NCBI GenBank assembly: GCA_963840035.1
Contig: CAWIXE010000001.1
Location: 320,001-384,000, forward strand
Source: a candidate division FCPU426 bacterium
Lineage (GTDB): Bacteria > Oederibacteriota > PGYV01 > Palsa-1178
DNA: 64,000 nucleotides
Reading direction: 5' to 3'
The position numbers and the translations under genes are program-made. This document shows, one piece after another, positions 1-10,839 of the stretch (its first letter is position 1; every line of letters starts with the position of its first letter). The notes beneath the pieces were generated by a model. It was given only the letters and a program-made list of their open reading frames with translations. It did no database searches and had not been told where the DNA came from.

Positions 1-388
1 CAACCTCATATTGCGAGTGTATGTTAGCCGCAGCCTTTCCGTACTCAAACATAAGCCCGGGGTAAACCGGCCATGAGGGGAATATATTTGCCTTTATGCC
101 CGCGTATACCGGAAGAAACGAGCAGTTCTCCTGGGGGTTTGCGGTGAATATGAAAGGCTGAAAAGACCCTCCTATATATACCTCCGCCCACCTGCAGATG
201 GAAACTCCGGCCTTGGCGTCAAATAGCGCGGTATCATAGGTTCCTGTGGAGTTGTTCTCGATGTTCCTCGGCGTTATCATTGAGCCGTATGAAACGCCGT
301 ATTCCGTAAATACAAATTTTTCAGCCATTACAGGCGCGAAAAACGCCGTGACAGCCAGCAAAGCAAGTACAATAATTTTGTTTTTCAT
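1..388 (-). CDS. Secreted/outer-membrane protein, N-terminal part (runs off window start)
   Basis: ATG at 388 directly after the MarR stop; translated by hand MKNKIIVLALLAVTAFFAPVMA-EKFVFTEYG (signal peptide-like). Confidence 0.6.
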   Translation of the reverse strand, partial: MKNKIIVLALLAVTAFFAPVMAEKFVFTEYGVSYGSMITPRNIENNSTGTYDTALFDAKAGVSICRWAEVYIGGSFQPFIFTANPQENCSFLPVYAGIKANIFPSWPVYPGLMFEYGKAAANIHSQYEV

Positions 389-389
389 G

Positions 390-830
390 TCAGTTTGCCC
401 TTTCCATGTATTTTTTTAATTTTTTGAGTATGTTCAAAGCCTGTTTCTTTTCTTCAGTGCTGAGCACGGACATAAGGCCGCTTACTTCATCGTCCTTCTG
501 CTTTATGTGTCCGCATACCATCTTTTCCACGTTCTTAGTGATATGCACCCATACCGTGCGCCTGTCTTTTTCGTCATGCTCCCTTTTTAAAAGCCCCATG
601 CCCACCAGCCTGTTTACGGTGTCTGTCATGGAAGGAAGTTTCACCTCGGCGAATTTTGCCAGTTCGCTCATCTTTGCCTTCTTTTTTTCATAAAGGAAAG
701 CCATGAGGTTCAGCTGGGAAATGGTGATGTCCTTTACCCCTCCCTTAAAAGGAGACTGGACTTTCCGCCCCTTGGCAAAAGGGGACATGCTCTTTAGCAT
801 TATTACCAGTTCTTTAGTCAGCTCGTCCAT
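390..830 (-). CDS. MarR family transcriptional regulator
   Basis: wHTH pattern MSELAKFAEVKLPSMTDTVNRLVGMGLLKREHDEKDRR; RBS GAGG upstream. Confidence 0.9.
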   Translation of the reverse strand: MDELTKELVIMLKSMSPFAKGRKVQSPFKGGVKDITISQLNLMAFLYEKKKAKMSELAKFAEVKLPSMTDTVNRLVGMGLLKREHDEKDRRTVWVHITKNVEKMVCGHIKQKDDEVSGLMSVLSTEEKKQALNILKKLKKYMERAN

Positions 831-852
831 GTTTTTACCTCGATACTTTTAA

Positions 853-869
853 TACCTAATAGTTAGGTA
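853..869. promoter_or_regulatory. Palindromic operator candidate upstream of MarR gene
   Basis: TACCTAA-TAG-TTAGGTA inverted repeat between the promoter region and start codon. Confidence 0.55.
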
Positions 870-986
870 GCCGAAGTATATCAGTGAGGGGGGTGTTTGT
901 CAAGATTAAAATGCAATCACAAATCTCAAATCACATATCCCAAATTAAGTCCGATAAAAACCCTGGTTTTGGGATTTGTGATTTCT

Positions 987-1361
987 TTACTCCAGGTAGT
1001 CCACAAACTCATCGCTTGTCATGGTCTTCATAAAGTGTTCCTTCGCGAAGTCCGTTATCTTCCTGTCGGATGAGACTATGAGGTGGTTTTTTGCCTTGCC
1101 TTTGCGTTTTTTTATCATTTCTATTATATAGTCGTCTGCTATCTCTCCCTGGGCCGAGTAATACAGCTTTATTCCGGATTTCACGTCCATGCCGCGCTGG
1201 GTGGATGGATTGTTCCTGCCGTCAAAAACCACGAGCATTTCATTGGGGTTAATAGCCAGAAACTCCGCGAGTATCTCAAGCATCTTTTCCCGCTTACGCT
1301 CAAGCGAGCCCTCCACGCCGAGCCTGTACATTAAATTATAACCGTCGATGATGATCTTCAT
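987..1361 (-). CDS. YacP-like NYN domain RNase
   Basis: IIIDGYNL, VVFDG, ADDYI, VSSDR motifs; likely ATG at 1361. Confidence 0.85.
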   Translation of the reverse strand: MKIIIDGYNLMYRLGVEGSLERKREKMLEILAEFLAINPNEMLVVFDGRNNPSTQRGMDVKSGIKLYYSAQGEIADDYIIEMIKKRKGKAKNHLIVSSDRKITDFAKEHFMKTMTSDEFVDYLE

Positions 1362-1450
1362 AAGATCCCTTTCTAACTGAAAACTTAAAACTGAAAGTTG
1401 AAACAATACAAGCCGCATCAACTTTCAGTTTTAAGTTTTCAGCTTTACGT

Positions 1451-2515
1451 TTACGAATCTATCCTATACCCCGCCAGCATATTTATATCCATCGGTTTTA
1501 CTTTCACCGTCTCTTTGACCATGCCTTTTGAAACTTCTATCTCCACTTCCGCGTCCGGGTTTGCCTTGGCGTGCGAGTAGCCCGCGGTAGCCGAGGCTAT
1601 GAACATTTTTGAGTCATCGTCCATCTCGCCTAAGGCCAATGTGACTGGCCCGGGCATTCCTTTGCACTCGAATATGTATCCCTTGTCCTTAAATTTTAAT
1701 ATCTCAATATTCTCGTCGTGTTTCCTGCCGACTATGAACTTCATCTTATGCCTGGCAAACTGCCTGCCTAATGTGAGCAGATATACATCATCTTTTTGTA
1801 TCTCGCCTTTATACCGTATTAAAAAATCACGGAGCCGCTTGGCGTAGCTTTCATCCGTGAGTATGCATCCGCCCGCAGGCGCTTTTACATAATCGCCCCA
1901 GCCTATGTCCTCGGCCATTTGCAGCTGCGGTTTCCTCGTCCTTCCGGAAAAATCCAGGAGTTTTTCCCTGTCCACCCAGCCGAGTTTTTCGGGTTCAGTG
2001 GGTTCCAGGTGTTTCGCGCACAAAGGACGCAGGAGGTATCCTTCAAGCCCCGATTCTTTTTCAATTTTTACAATTGCCTGCGGGTTCTGGGTCATAGGCC
2101 TCTGCCCGATGACCTCGCCGGTAATAAGGAACCCCGCGTCAAAAGCCGGGAGAAGTTCCTTGATTTTCCTCATCATCATTATCTTGCAGTCGATGCACGG
2201 GTTCATGTTTGACCCGAAACCGTGAACCGGAGCGCGCATCATCCGGAAAAAATCCTTTGAAATGTCCACTACCACCGGGTTTATCTCAGGCGGCATGACA
2301 CCCTTGAATTTTTTTTCCTCAATTGTCCCGTTCTTATAAAGAGCCGCAAATTCAATCAGCTGATCGCCGGGGGCAAGTTCCTCATAAGCCCCGAAAAAGA
2401 ATCCATGGTCAAAGTTTACAGGTATGACCTTAATCCCCTGGTCAAGCATAACGCGGATTGCAAGCAAAGAGTCCAGCCCGCCGGAAAACATAGCCAAACA
2501 AGTTTTTTCTTTCAT
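1451..2515 (-). CDS. ThiI/MnmA-like PP-loop tRNA thiolation-family protein
   Basis: SGGLDS PP-loop, NPCIDCK, TGEVIGQRPM, PAGGC. Confidence 0.8.
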   Translation of the reverse strand: MKEKTCLAMFSGGLDSLLAIRVMLDQGIKVIPVNFDHGFFFGAYEELAPGDQLIEFAALYKNGTIEEKKFKGVMPPEINPVVVDISKDFFRMMRAPVHGFGSNMNPCIDCKIMMMRKIKELLPAFDAGFLITGEVIGQRPMTQNPQAIVKIEKESGLEGYLLRPLCAKHLEPTEPEKLGWVDREKLLDFSGRTRKPQLQMAEDIGWGDYVKAPAGGCILTDESYAKRLRDFLIRYKGEIQKDDVYLLTLGRQFARHKMKFIVGRKHDENIEILKFKDKGYIFECKGMPGPVTLALGEMDDDSKMFIASATAGYSHAKANPDAEVEIEVSKGMVKETVKVKPMDINMLAGYRIDS

Positions 2516-2611
2516 TTTATAATTACCTTTCCTCATAATGGTTTAATAAACAACCCAATTATACCACAGTTCCTGTTGCTTTTCAAAACTACGTTGTGCG
2601 CTATTGCCTCT

Positions 2612-2816
2612 GTAGGGCGATTCGTGCAAAGTCCCGTGGAAATCGCCCCTACAAATACAAAATAAATAACACCAACAAAAACAACCCGTAGAGAGGCGGC
2701 TTGCTGCCTCTCTACGCGGGTCTTTGCCTCCGTAAGCGGGAGCAAGCCCCCGCTCTACAGTGGAATTTAAGTTGCAGCCGTTGCCCTTGTAGGGGCGATT
2801 CACGAATCGCCCAACA
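2612..2816. repeat. Cluster of four GTAG-footed REP-like palindromes
   Basis: GTAGGGCGATT..AATCGCCCCTAC; GTAGAGAGGCGGCTTGCTGCCTCTCTAC; GTAAGCGGGAGCAAGCCCCCGCTCTAC; GTAGGGGCGATTCACGAATCGCCC. Confidence 0.75.
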
Positions 2817-2842
2817 GGGACAAAACCAAATCATATAAAAAC

Positions 2843-2865
2843 AAAAAGCGGGGCTTTCGCCCCGC
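2843..2865 (-). terminator. Rho-independent terminator
   Basis: GCGGGGC-TTTC-GCCCCGC hairpin with A-run (U-tract on minus) downstream of the 912-aa gene. Confidence 0.7.
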
Positions 2866-2905
2866 CTGTATGCTTTCAATCCAGAATCCAGAATCTAGAA
2901 TTGTT

Positions 2906-5644
2906 TCAGCGCAAAACCGCCAATTTTGATATACAGAACTTCTTCTCAGAATTTCTCTTCGCGTCTATCCTGTAAAAATATATCCCGGTCGCCGCCTTAT
3001 TCCCCGCGTCGTTTAATCCGTCCCACCTTACGCGGTTCTCTCCGCCCCTGGTGTCTGCCTGGCCGACAAGCAGCGTCTTAAACACAGCCCACGGTATGGT
3101 GCGGATGAGCTCGCCTGATATGGTGTAGACCTTCAGCGAACAGTCAGCCTGTACTGTGAGGGTAAATAGTATAGTGGTATCGCCCGCGAACGGGTTCGGG
3201 TAATTTGTCACCGGCTTTAGGTCAAGCACAGGCACATTTGAAATCAGGTTCGTCATATTGGAGGCAAACGACCCCAGAGACCCCGCGGAACTCGCGTAAG
3301 CAGTGTTCTGATACGTCTCGCCTGAATTTAAGTTGTTATTCATATATGCGATAAACCACACATCCACCCCGGGCGCGCCCGTCGGCAGGCTCGGTATGGT
3401 CCATCGCATGACCCCCGCAGCGTCAGGAGGCGTGCCCCCCGGGCTTATGGATGAGAATAAGTGTTTGTTAGGCAGTGTGTCCCAGATGTTTACGCCGGCC
3501 GCCGCTACATTTGAACTTTCTATATGTATGTTATAACTCACGGTATCGCCCGGCCCGGCTGTCAGCGGGCTGACTGATTTTGTAAGGACAAGGGTTGTGA
3601 TGGGAGTCGCTGTCGGAGTAGCGGTATATGTAGGGGTAGCCGTCTGTGTTGCGGTGGGCGTGCCAGAAGGTGTAGCTGAAGGCGTGGCAGTGCTTGTAAA
3701 TGTTGAAGTAGGTGACGCGGTTTTTGTAGGAGTATATGTAAATGTCTCCGTAAACGTAGCCGTCTGCGGGCAGACCGTGACATTCATTGAAACAGTATTT
3801 GAATCTGTTGGAGGGGCTTCTACCGTGTCAAGTGTCGCCTTATTTAAAAGCGTCCCGCAATAATTAACTACAGCCCATAACTCCATGTGATATACCACAT
3901 CTGTAAACGCCGTGAAAATTTTCCACAATACAGGAGTTCCTGCTCCGCCGGGATTTGTCGGGCCTGAATGCGTTATGTCCGCGGCAGTGCCGCCTATGTA
4001 TGTCAGTTCTGTAGGCAGTGTGTCATACAACACCGGATAAGACATTGTTGTTTTATCTATTTTAAGGTTATCATATCTGTTCCCGTTTGTCCTGTGAGCC
4101 TGAAAGCCAACGTAACCGCAATCAGGTATTGGCGCGGTTACGTCAGTGGCATCAAGTGTATATGCCCCAGGCTCTGCCGTTCCCCTTACCCAAACTTTTG
4201 CCTGTACCCTTACCCCGTTACCCGGATCCGTAACATGGATTTTTATTGTATACCATGTTGCAACATTTATTGCCGGTGAAGGTACCCCAAACCCGAAAGC
4301 GCCTCCCGGTATTCCAGTGCAATATTTTTGGATCCACAATCTATGATTGTTGTCCCCGTCAGGACCATCCGTTGAAATTCCAACACCATAAGCGCATCCG
4401 GGCGCTCCTGAGAGGTTATTATCCCTGAATGCAATTAACGCGTCATTATTTACGCCTGACTCTATGTACACATCACCCTGAATGTCTCCAAAACAAAAAT
4501 TTGTAGGAGTATCTCTTAATAAATGGGGATAATATCCGGGATCCGGCCCAGCCTGCGCAACGGAAGCTACATAACCTCCGCCGTTTGTAAACCCGGGTCC
4601 TGGCCCTACAGTATGAAATCCGGCAAGGGTGCTGTCAAAATTATCAATGGACCAGAACGCCAGCCCACCTGCGTTAAAATCATATGTGTAAGTCACAGTA
4701 TCACCTATCGCCGCGTCGGTTACATTTTCACTTTTTGTAAAAGAAAAATCAGGGCCTATCATGACCGGCGCGTCGGCGCTTGAGCCCGTGACTGTCCCGA
4801 GCGTGCCCGGGTCTATCAATGACCAGCTTGCTATATCGCTTATTACCGTACCAGGAGGCGTGCCCGAATTTATCTGGACCACATACCATACTTTGTCTAT
4901 TATGCGTGACGCGGTGTTTCCAATATTCCATGTAAGCCCGGATCCCGCGGCAGTGCCGCCGCTTGTCCCGCCCAGGCTCTGGGATATCAGGGTACAGTTT
5001 GCCGGCACAGCATCTGTAATTTGACAGCTGTTCGCGTTTGCAAAATTATAATCTATGGTATGCAGCACATAATCTCCGGGCCTTGCGGTAGTTGCCTCAA
5101 CTGTTTTTGATATGACGCCGCCTGTCATAGGCGGCGGGGTTGAAAATGATATGTAATCATAAGTAGAGCCTAATACACGGCTTGTCCAATCGCCTCCGCA
5201 GTCTATGGAGTAATCCTTTGCCCCGACTATTATAAAATATGACATGCCTTCGGACAGAGTTGATGGAACTGTTAAATTATAAGTCCATGTAAACGCAACA
5301 GTTGACCCTCCGGACCCATTGTCATTTGTGTCATAACCTTTTGTATAACCTGAAACAGGCGGGCCGTTCTGGTTGTTTTCATAGGTTACAAAATACTGCC
5401 CGGTTGTTGCTCCGCTGTTGCAGTCCTGTGTATTTGATACATTTGAAAACGCTATCATAAGGAATGTTTTTGTATATGATGGCACATCATACCTGAAAGT
5501 CACGGCAACCGTGCTTCCGGGAGCTGCAACGGGAGGAACCACGCTTATTACATCAACACCGCTGATTGGGCCCGCAGATATGTTTGAAACTGAAAAGAAA
5601 AGGATTGCGAGACTAAAAATAAGGATGCTTGTTTTGTTCTTCAT
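2906..5644 (-). CDS. Secreted multidomain protein: DUF11-like Ig repeats, Thr/Pro linker, C-terminal FlgD-Ig/T9SS-CTD-like domain
   Basis: Signal peptide; TKS..AxPGDTVxY repeats; TPT-rich linker; NYPNPF..KVYTISGELIRT..WDG..GIYFY..KLAVLR C-terminus. Confidence 0.8.
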   Translation of the reverse strand: MKNKTSILIFSLAILFFSVSNISAGPISGVDVISVVPPVAAPGSTVAVTFRYDVPSYTKTFLMIAFSNVSNTQDCNSGATTGQYFVTYENNQNGPPVSGYTKGYDTNDNGSGGSTVAFTWTYNLTVPSTLSEGMSYFIIVGAKDYSIDCGGDWTSRVLGSTYDYISFSTPPPMTGGVISKTVEATTARPGDYVLHTIDYNFANANSCQITDAVPANCTLISQSLGGTSGGTAAGSGLTWNIGNTASRIIDKVWYVVQINSGTPPGTVISDIASWSLIDPGTLGTVTGSSADAPVMIGPDFSFTKSENVTDAAIGDTVTYTYDFNAGGLAFWSIDNFDSTLAGFHTVGPGPGFTNGGGYVASVAQAGPDPGYYPHLLRDTPTNFCFGDIQGDVYIESGVNNDALIAFRDNNLSGAPGCAYGVGISTDGPDGDNNHRLWIQKYCTGIPGGAFGFGVPSPAINVATWYTIKIHVTDPGNGVRVQAKVWVRGTAEPGAYTLDATDVTAPIPDCGYVGFQAHRTNGNRYDNLKIDKTTMSYPVLYDTLPTELTYIGGTAADITHSGPTNPGGAGTPVLWKIFTAFTDVVYHMELWAVVNYCGTLLNKATLDTVEAPPTDSNTVSMNVTVCPQTATFTETFTYTPTKTASPTSTFTSTATPSATPSGTPTATQTATPTYTATPTATPITTLVLTKSVSPLTAGPGDTVSYNIHIESSNVAAAGVNIWDTLPNKHLFSSISPGGTPPDAAGVMRWTIPSLPTGAPGVDVWFIAYMNNNLNSGETYQNTAYASSAGSLGSFASNMTNLISNVPVLDLKPVTNYPNPFAGDTTILFTLTVQADCSLKVYTISGELIRTIPWAVFKTLLVGQADTRGGENRVRWDGLNDAGNKAATGIYFYRIDAKRNSEKKFCISKLAVLR

Positions 5645-5886
5645 TTTTCCCCGCTTTTTCTTTTAAAATGTAATGTTTACCGTTAAACACCATTATAATA
5701 CTTTTGACACCCGTTTTCAAGAATAGTTTTGCTTTTATTGAATTTAATTATTTTGTCAGTATAACACGCCGTTAAAACAAGCGGTATTTTGCCTGTTTTC
5801 ATGTTAAAACCGGCTTGTGTATTTTAACCTCGCCCTCTTTACCCGCTCTGTGTTATAATATGGAAAACCAAAATACGGAGGGTCTT

Positions 5887-6789
5887 TTGAACCTTATTGC
5901 TTCAGTTTCTCTGGGACTTCTTGCGGCGTTCATTATTATAACCCTTGCCGCTTACCGCAAAAACCTGCCCGCGCTTTTTTCCTCGGCGCGCGTTTCGCGC
6001 CATTTTTATTACAGCGCCATATTTTCCGCGGGTTTTTTTCTTTACCCGGAAAAGATGAACATGCCCTGGCTGCCGCAGTTTATATCCGGGCTGGTGCTTA
6101 TCAACCTTCTTTTCGCATCCAGCATGGTATTAAATAATATCTATGACGTAAAAATAGACAAAGAAAACTCAAAATCAAACGCCCTGCTCATAAAAGGGTT
6201 TTCAAAAAAACGCTACTACCTTTTTTACGTAGTGCCTTTCATCCTCTCCGTCCCTTTTTCCCTTTCTCTTTCACTGAAGGTTTTATACGCCAGCCTTGCC
6301 ATACACTTTACCGCGTGGGCCTACTCCTGCCCTCCCATGCGGCTGAAGAAATATTTTCCCGTGAACATCATGCTCATATCCTTTTCCACGGTGCTGGCCT
6401 TTATCCTCGGCTTTAATTCCTCCCCGTTTCCGGGAAGGGAATTCCCCTTCCGCCTCGCGCTGGCTTTCTTTGGCGCGCTCTCGCTGGCATTTAACACCAA
6501 GGACATAAATGATTATTCCGGCGATAAAAAATACGGTGTCTCGACCATCATGACCATCTTCGGCGCCAAAAAAGGCAAAAACATAATAGCGCTCCTGGCC
6601 CTTGCGGGTTATTTCTTTGTCCCGGTCATACTCGGCGCGTGGAACATCCTGCCCCAGGCGGCGCTCTGCGGCACAGCCACCTGCGCGCACATACTCATAG
6701 CGAAGGAAAAAGTAAACGAACCGCTCATCTTTTTTATATTTTTCCTCTTCGCAGGTTTTTTTGCGGCTTCATTTTTCCCGTTTAAGTAG
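5887..6789 (+). CDS. UbiA family prenyltransferase
   Basis: NNIYDVKIDKEN and KDINDYSGD Asp-rich motifs, YSCPPMRLK; TTG at 5887 after GGAGG. Confidence 0.8.
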   Translation: MNLIASVSLGLLAAFIIITLAAYRKNLPALFSSARVSRHFYYSAIFSAGFFLYPEKMNMPWLPQFISGLVLINLLFASSMVLNNIYDVKIDKENSKSNALLIKGFSKKRYYLFYVVPFILSVPFSLSLSLKVLYASLAIHFTAWAYSCPPMRLKKYFPVNIMLISFSTVLAFILGFNSSPFPGREFPFRLALAFFGALSLAFNTKDINDYSGDKKYGVSTIMTIFGAKKGKNIIALLALAGYFFVPVILGAWNILPQAALCGTATCAHILIAKEKVNEPLIFFIFFLFAGFFAASFFPFK

Positions 6790-6811
6790 GAAATTACCGT
6801 TTTTCAGGGCC

Positions 6812-7145
6812 TTCCCCCTCTCCTCTTAGGAGAGGGCCGGGGTGAGGTGAAACAAGCCTGCGTCCCCTCACCCTACCCTCTCCCGGAGGGAGAGGGATAA
6901 AAAATCATACAACCGCTGTTCTTTTTCCTTTTGTTTTATACAGATTTTCCCCCCTCTCCTCTTAGGAGAGGCCCGGGGTGAGGTGAAACAAGCCTGAGCC
7001 CCCTCACCCTACCATCTCCCGGAGGGAGAGGGATAAAAAATCAAACAACCGCTGTTTTTTTTACTTTTCTTTTATACAGATCTTCCCCCTCTCCTCTTAG
7101 GAGAGGGCCGGGGTGAGGTGAAACAAGCCTGTGTCCCCTTAACCT
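6812..7145. repeat. Three tandem ~135-bp BoxC-like palindromic units
   Basis: CCCCTCTCCTCTTAGGAGAGGGCCGGGGTGAGG..CCCTCACCCTACCCTCTCCCGGAGGGAGAGGG repeated at ~6812, ~6947, ~7083 (third truncated). Confidence 0.85.
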
Positions 7146-7309
7146 GCCCTCCCTCTGCCGCAGGAGTGACTATAAATAGCCGGGGGATATGGACAAAAGC
7201 ACATATCCCTGTCTTCATTTTGTGTTATTGTTATGCTATAATACCTTAAATGAGGTTATGTTCACTTCTGACTTATAACTTATTATTTATCACTTAACCT
7301 GGAGGTTCC

Positions 7310-8062
7310 ATGTACCCGTACTACTACCTCGGCACTTACACGGTTTCCACATACTATGTCATGGCGGCGCTCGGCTCCATAGCCGGGTTCCTCGCGCTTT
7401 TATACAACACCCGCGCTGAAAAAAAATCCGTCATCCGTTCTTATTTTATATTTGCCGCCCTTATCTTCATCCCTTTTTACGCAGGCGCGCGGCTGGGATA
7501 TATTGTGGAATGTATTGCCTTTAAAAGGGAATCCTGCGGCCTTGGATTTTTCGGCGCTGCCTCGCTGTGGCCCGGGCTGGTAACCGCGACGCTCTGCGCT
7601 TTTCCCCTGGCCCATTTTTTAAAAACCGATGTTTGGAAGGCGGCTGATTATTTTTCCCCTTCCATTGCCATTGGCGGATTTTTCATGCGCCTGGGCTGCC
7701 TTTTGCGCGGCTGCTGCTTTGGCACTCCGTGCCCGCTTGATAACCCCCTGGGAACTTTTTTTTCCCCTTACTCATCCGCGTACAGCACTTACGGCAACGT
7801 GCCGTTATACCCTTCGCAGGTATTTTCATCCCTTGCCTGGCTTGTTGTTTTCATCATCCTGGAAATAAGAATTTCCAGGAAATCATTTAAAGGCGAAATA
7901 ATACTTATAATGACTTTCCTGTATTCTTTGTTTACCCTGATTATTGACCGGTTCAGGTACCACGACACTTCCTTTCCCGAAAACAGCGGTTTCTCCATTT
8001 TTTTCATGGTTGTATCGGCAATTCTGTATGCCCTATTCTACAGGAAAATCCTTAAAAACTGA
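7310..8062 (+). CDS. Prolipoprotein diacylglyceryl transferase (Lgt) family protein, divergent paralog
   Basis: GARLGY, RLGCLLRGCCFG, PLYPSQV, multiple TM segments; GGAGG RBS. Confidence 0.75.
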   Translation: MYPYYYLGTYTVSTYYVMAALGSIAGFLALLYNTRAEKKSVIRSYFIFAALIFIPFYAGARLGYIVECIAFKRESCGLGFFGAASLWPGLVTATLCAFPLAHFLKTDVWKAADYFSPSIAIGGFFMRLGCLLRGCCFGTPCPLDNPLGTFFSPYSSAYSTYGNVPLYPSQVFSSLAWLVVFIILEIRISRKSFKGEIILIMTFLYSLFTLIIDRFRYHDTSFPENSGFSIFFMVVSAILYALFYRKILKN

Positions 8063-8143
8063 GCAAAGCAATACATTTGGATATGCGTTCATGTTTTCTT
8101 CTATATTATATGCATAATATAAAATCATAAGTTTACAAATTAC

Positions 8144-8172
8144 TTGACAAAATATTGCCTGCTGATTATACT
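8144..8172 (+). promoter_or_regulatory. Sigma70 promoter for pilin cluster
   Basis: TTGACA-17 bp-TATACT. Confidence 0.65.
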
Positions 8173-8208
8173 ATTAATGAGGGATCTACAGACTAAAAGG
8201 ATGATGCC

Positions 8209-10827
8209 ATGAAAACTCTAAGGAAAAAGAGCGGTTTTACTTTCATAGAGACCATGATTTCCGCGATTGTTGTTACTTTCGTTATTTTAGCCACTATAAA
8301 CCTCATGACTTCAGTATATAAGGGCATTGTAACCCTTCAGCAAAAGACCTTTTCCACATCCATTGCCACTGAAGAACTTGACCTCATGAAACAGACCGGC
8401 TTTGCCAACCTGCCCATTACGCCTGACGACTGCCTTCCCGAGCCTTTGAACAACCTTTACAGCGCGACAAACCTGATGCCTCCGGTCACCTCAAAAAACA
8501 CCAGTTTTGGATATACTGTTTTTAAAGTGGTGCAGCAGGCACAGGAAGACTCGGACGGCACCATAAAGCCCGTTCTGCAGGCCGACCTTCCCGCTGACGC
8601 GGACCTTAACATAAAATACCTCGCCGTATATGTGGCCTACCAGTCCATGGGAGTTACAAAAACCACCAGGGCAACCGGACTTCTTGCAAACAGGGAAATC
8701 GGCCTGAAAGGCTCCTCTGTTTCCGGCAGAATATATAAAATACTCCCCAGCGGCACTCCTGTGGCGCCCGGCGTGGGTTCAAACGCCACTGTGTATGTAG
8801 TCGGCTTCCCTGAGTACACTTCGCTGCAGTACGACGCAAACGGGAATTATACTATTGAAAATGTCATGCCCGGCTCGTTCATACTCCACGCGGCCGGCGT
8901 CGGCTTTGCCGATACATATTACGCTTCCAACCCCCTTGTTATATCCAGCACCGCGCAGACAATAACCGGGGTTAATTTTAACTGCGCCGCCGTTGACGGC
9001 GCGTCTGTCACAGGAAATGTTTACATCGGCATTGTCATTACCCCGTCCGCGACGCCGACGCCTCTTGCCACCGTAGCCACAGCAGCGCCTACCGCGGTGT
9101 GCAACACTGCCGTGCTTATGGCCACGGGCATCATGGGGTCAAAAGTATCTGACTGGGACAACCATGACGAAATAACGTACCAGGATAGCCGCTGGGCAAG
9201 CGAGTCTTCCACAAATGACAAACTCATCTATACTAACTTTGATGACACTACCATAGCAAATGTTGTTATTTCAAACGTCGAGGTAAAGGCATACACGCAA
9301 ATACGGTACCTTCTGTTTAACCCGGGCACCAGGGTGTCCAATCTGCAGATAACAAATAACAGCGGCACCAGCTGGGCTAATACCTGCTGCCCTTCGCCAA
9401 ATGGATGGACCGGCACAATTACCACAAGTTTCGCCGGAATTACATTCGCGAACGCTGCCGCTGTGCAGTCCATAAACATAACAAGCCTTTATACCACATG
9501 GGACTGGGCAAAAGTAAACGCACTGGGCGCTGCTGTGCGCACAAAAAATCTCACATCATGGAGCGGAGCTTACATGGACGCCATGTGGCTTGAGGTTGAT
9601 TACTGCCAGTTTACGCCGACTCCGGTAAACACAAATACGTTTACGCCCACTCCAAACTCCACACCGACGGCAACGCCCATTCCGTGCGCTAACGGCGCCA
9701 TTGTAAAAGCCCTGGACGGCCTTTCCCTTCAGACCACCACGTCAGGTTGTTACTACCAGATAACGGATATAAACCCTGCCACGGGGTTTACTTCAGTGTC
9801 AGCTTCTTTTGCCTACGCCGGCCGCTCATACTACAAGCTCATGACAGGCGTGCCTGTCGCGGCAAGCGTTACCACTTACCTGGATATAATGCTTGAGGAA
9901 ACTTCCGGCATACCTACCATAAACGGCTTTGTATATGACGCGCAGAATACTTCCCTGCCATTAGTCGGGGTGGACGTTTATCTGTCCGACCCCACGGCAG
10001 TATCGCCCACCACTTCCGGCGGCGGCGCTTACACCATAAACCCGGCTGATACAGGCACCTGGACTCTCTATGCGGCAGCGCCGGGTTATGTCATACAAAA
10101 CAACATTAACATAACCGTCGTAAACGGCATTAATACAGCCCCGAATATCTACATGTACAGGGTGGGCGACCTCTCAGGCGTTGTCACTGATTATTCCGAC
10201 GGCTCGCCCGTGGCAGGCAGGGAGATACAGATCCTTGACAGCTCCAATACCGTTATAAAAACAGGTACCTCTGACGTTGACGGAAACTATCTGATTAAGG
10301 ACATCCCCGTTGCCGCGAATTATAAGGTTTACATAAACCTTACATCTTCAGGGTACACATGCTCTTTCCCCTCGGCAGGTTATTACAAGCCGGTATCCAT
10401 CATTCACGGCGGCACAGTCACCAATAAGAACTTCAAGATAAAGCAGACCACAGATTTAATAAAAGGAAAGATCCAGTTAAACGGCGCGGACATACCTGAC
10501 GGCGTCATGGTCCTGGCTTACCCGTCTTCCGTCACCTATCATGCCCAGGATTACATAAAAACCAGCACTAACCCACTGCTCCAGTCTTTTACAGGCCGCA
10601 ACAGGATGACATACCCCATATACGGTTTTATCAGCCAGCGCGACGCCTCATACTCCATCGACGTCCCCACCGGCGTTAATTACGACATATACGCCTATTA
10701 CTCCATTATTAATTACACCACCAATCCAAGGACGGTCACAAATTACTATAAAAAAATTACAGGCATAGCGCCTGGAAGCTCGGGCCAGGATATCACCGGA
10801 AACTTATCAGCCTGGACTCCATACTAA
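8209..10827 (+). CDS. Very large type IV pilin-like (PilV-like) protein with carboxypeptidase-regulatory-like Ig domains
   Basis: Class III signal KKSG|FTFIE plus hydrophobic helix; repeated G-x-V..G-x-Y-x-I beta-sandwich motifs; TPT linkers. Confidence 0.75.
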   Translation: MKTLRKKSGFTFIETMISAIVVTFVILATINLMTSVYKGIVTLQQKTFSTSIATEELDLMKQTGFANLPITPDDCLPEPLNNLYSATNLMPPVTSKNTSFGYTVFKVVQQAQEDSDGTIKPVLQADLPADADLNIKYLAVYVAYQSMGVTKTTRATGLLANREIGLKGSSVSGRIYKILPSGTPVAPGVGSNATVYVVGFPEYTSLQYDANGNYTIENVMPGSFILHAAGVGFADTYYASNPLVISSTAQTITGVNFNCAAVDGASVTGNVYIGIVITPSATPTPLATVATAAPTAVCNTAVLMATGIMGSKVSDWDNHDEITYQDSRWASESSTNDKLIYTNFDDTTIANVVISNVEVKAYTQIRYLLFNPGTRVSNLQITNNSGTSWANTCCPSPNGWTGTITTSFAGITFANAAAVQSINITSLYTTWDWAKVNALGAAVRTKNLTSWSGAYMDAMWLEVDYCQFTPTPVNTNTFTPTPNSTPTATPIPCANGAIVKALDGLSLQTTTSGCYYQITDINPATGFTSVSASFAYAGRSYYKLMTGVPVAASVTTYLDIMLEETSGIPTINGFVYDAQNTSLPLVGVDVYLSDPTAVSPTTSGGGAYTINPADTGTWTLYAAAPGYVIQNNINITVVNGINTAPNIYMYRVGDLSGVVTDYSDGSPVAGREIQILDSSNTVIKTGTSDVDGNYLIKDIPVAANYKVYINLTSSGYTCSFPSAGYYKPVSIIHGGTVTNKNFKIKQTTDLIKGKIQLNGADIPDGVMVLAYPSSVTYHAQDYIKTSTNPLLQSFTGRNRMTYPIYGFISQRDASYSIDVPTGVNYDIYAYYSIINYTTNPRTVTNYYKKITGIAPGSSGQDITGNLSAWTPY

Positions 10828-10839
10828 TAAGGCGGACTT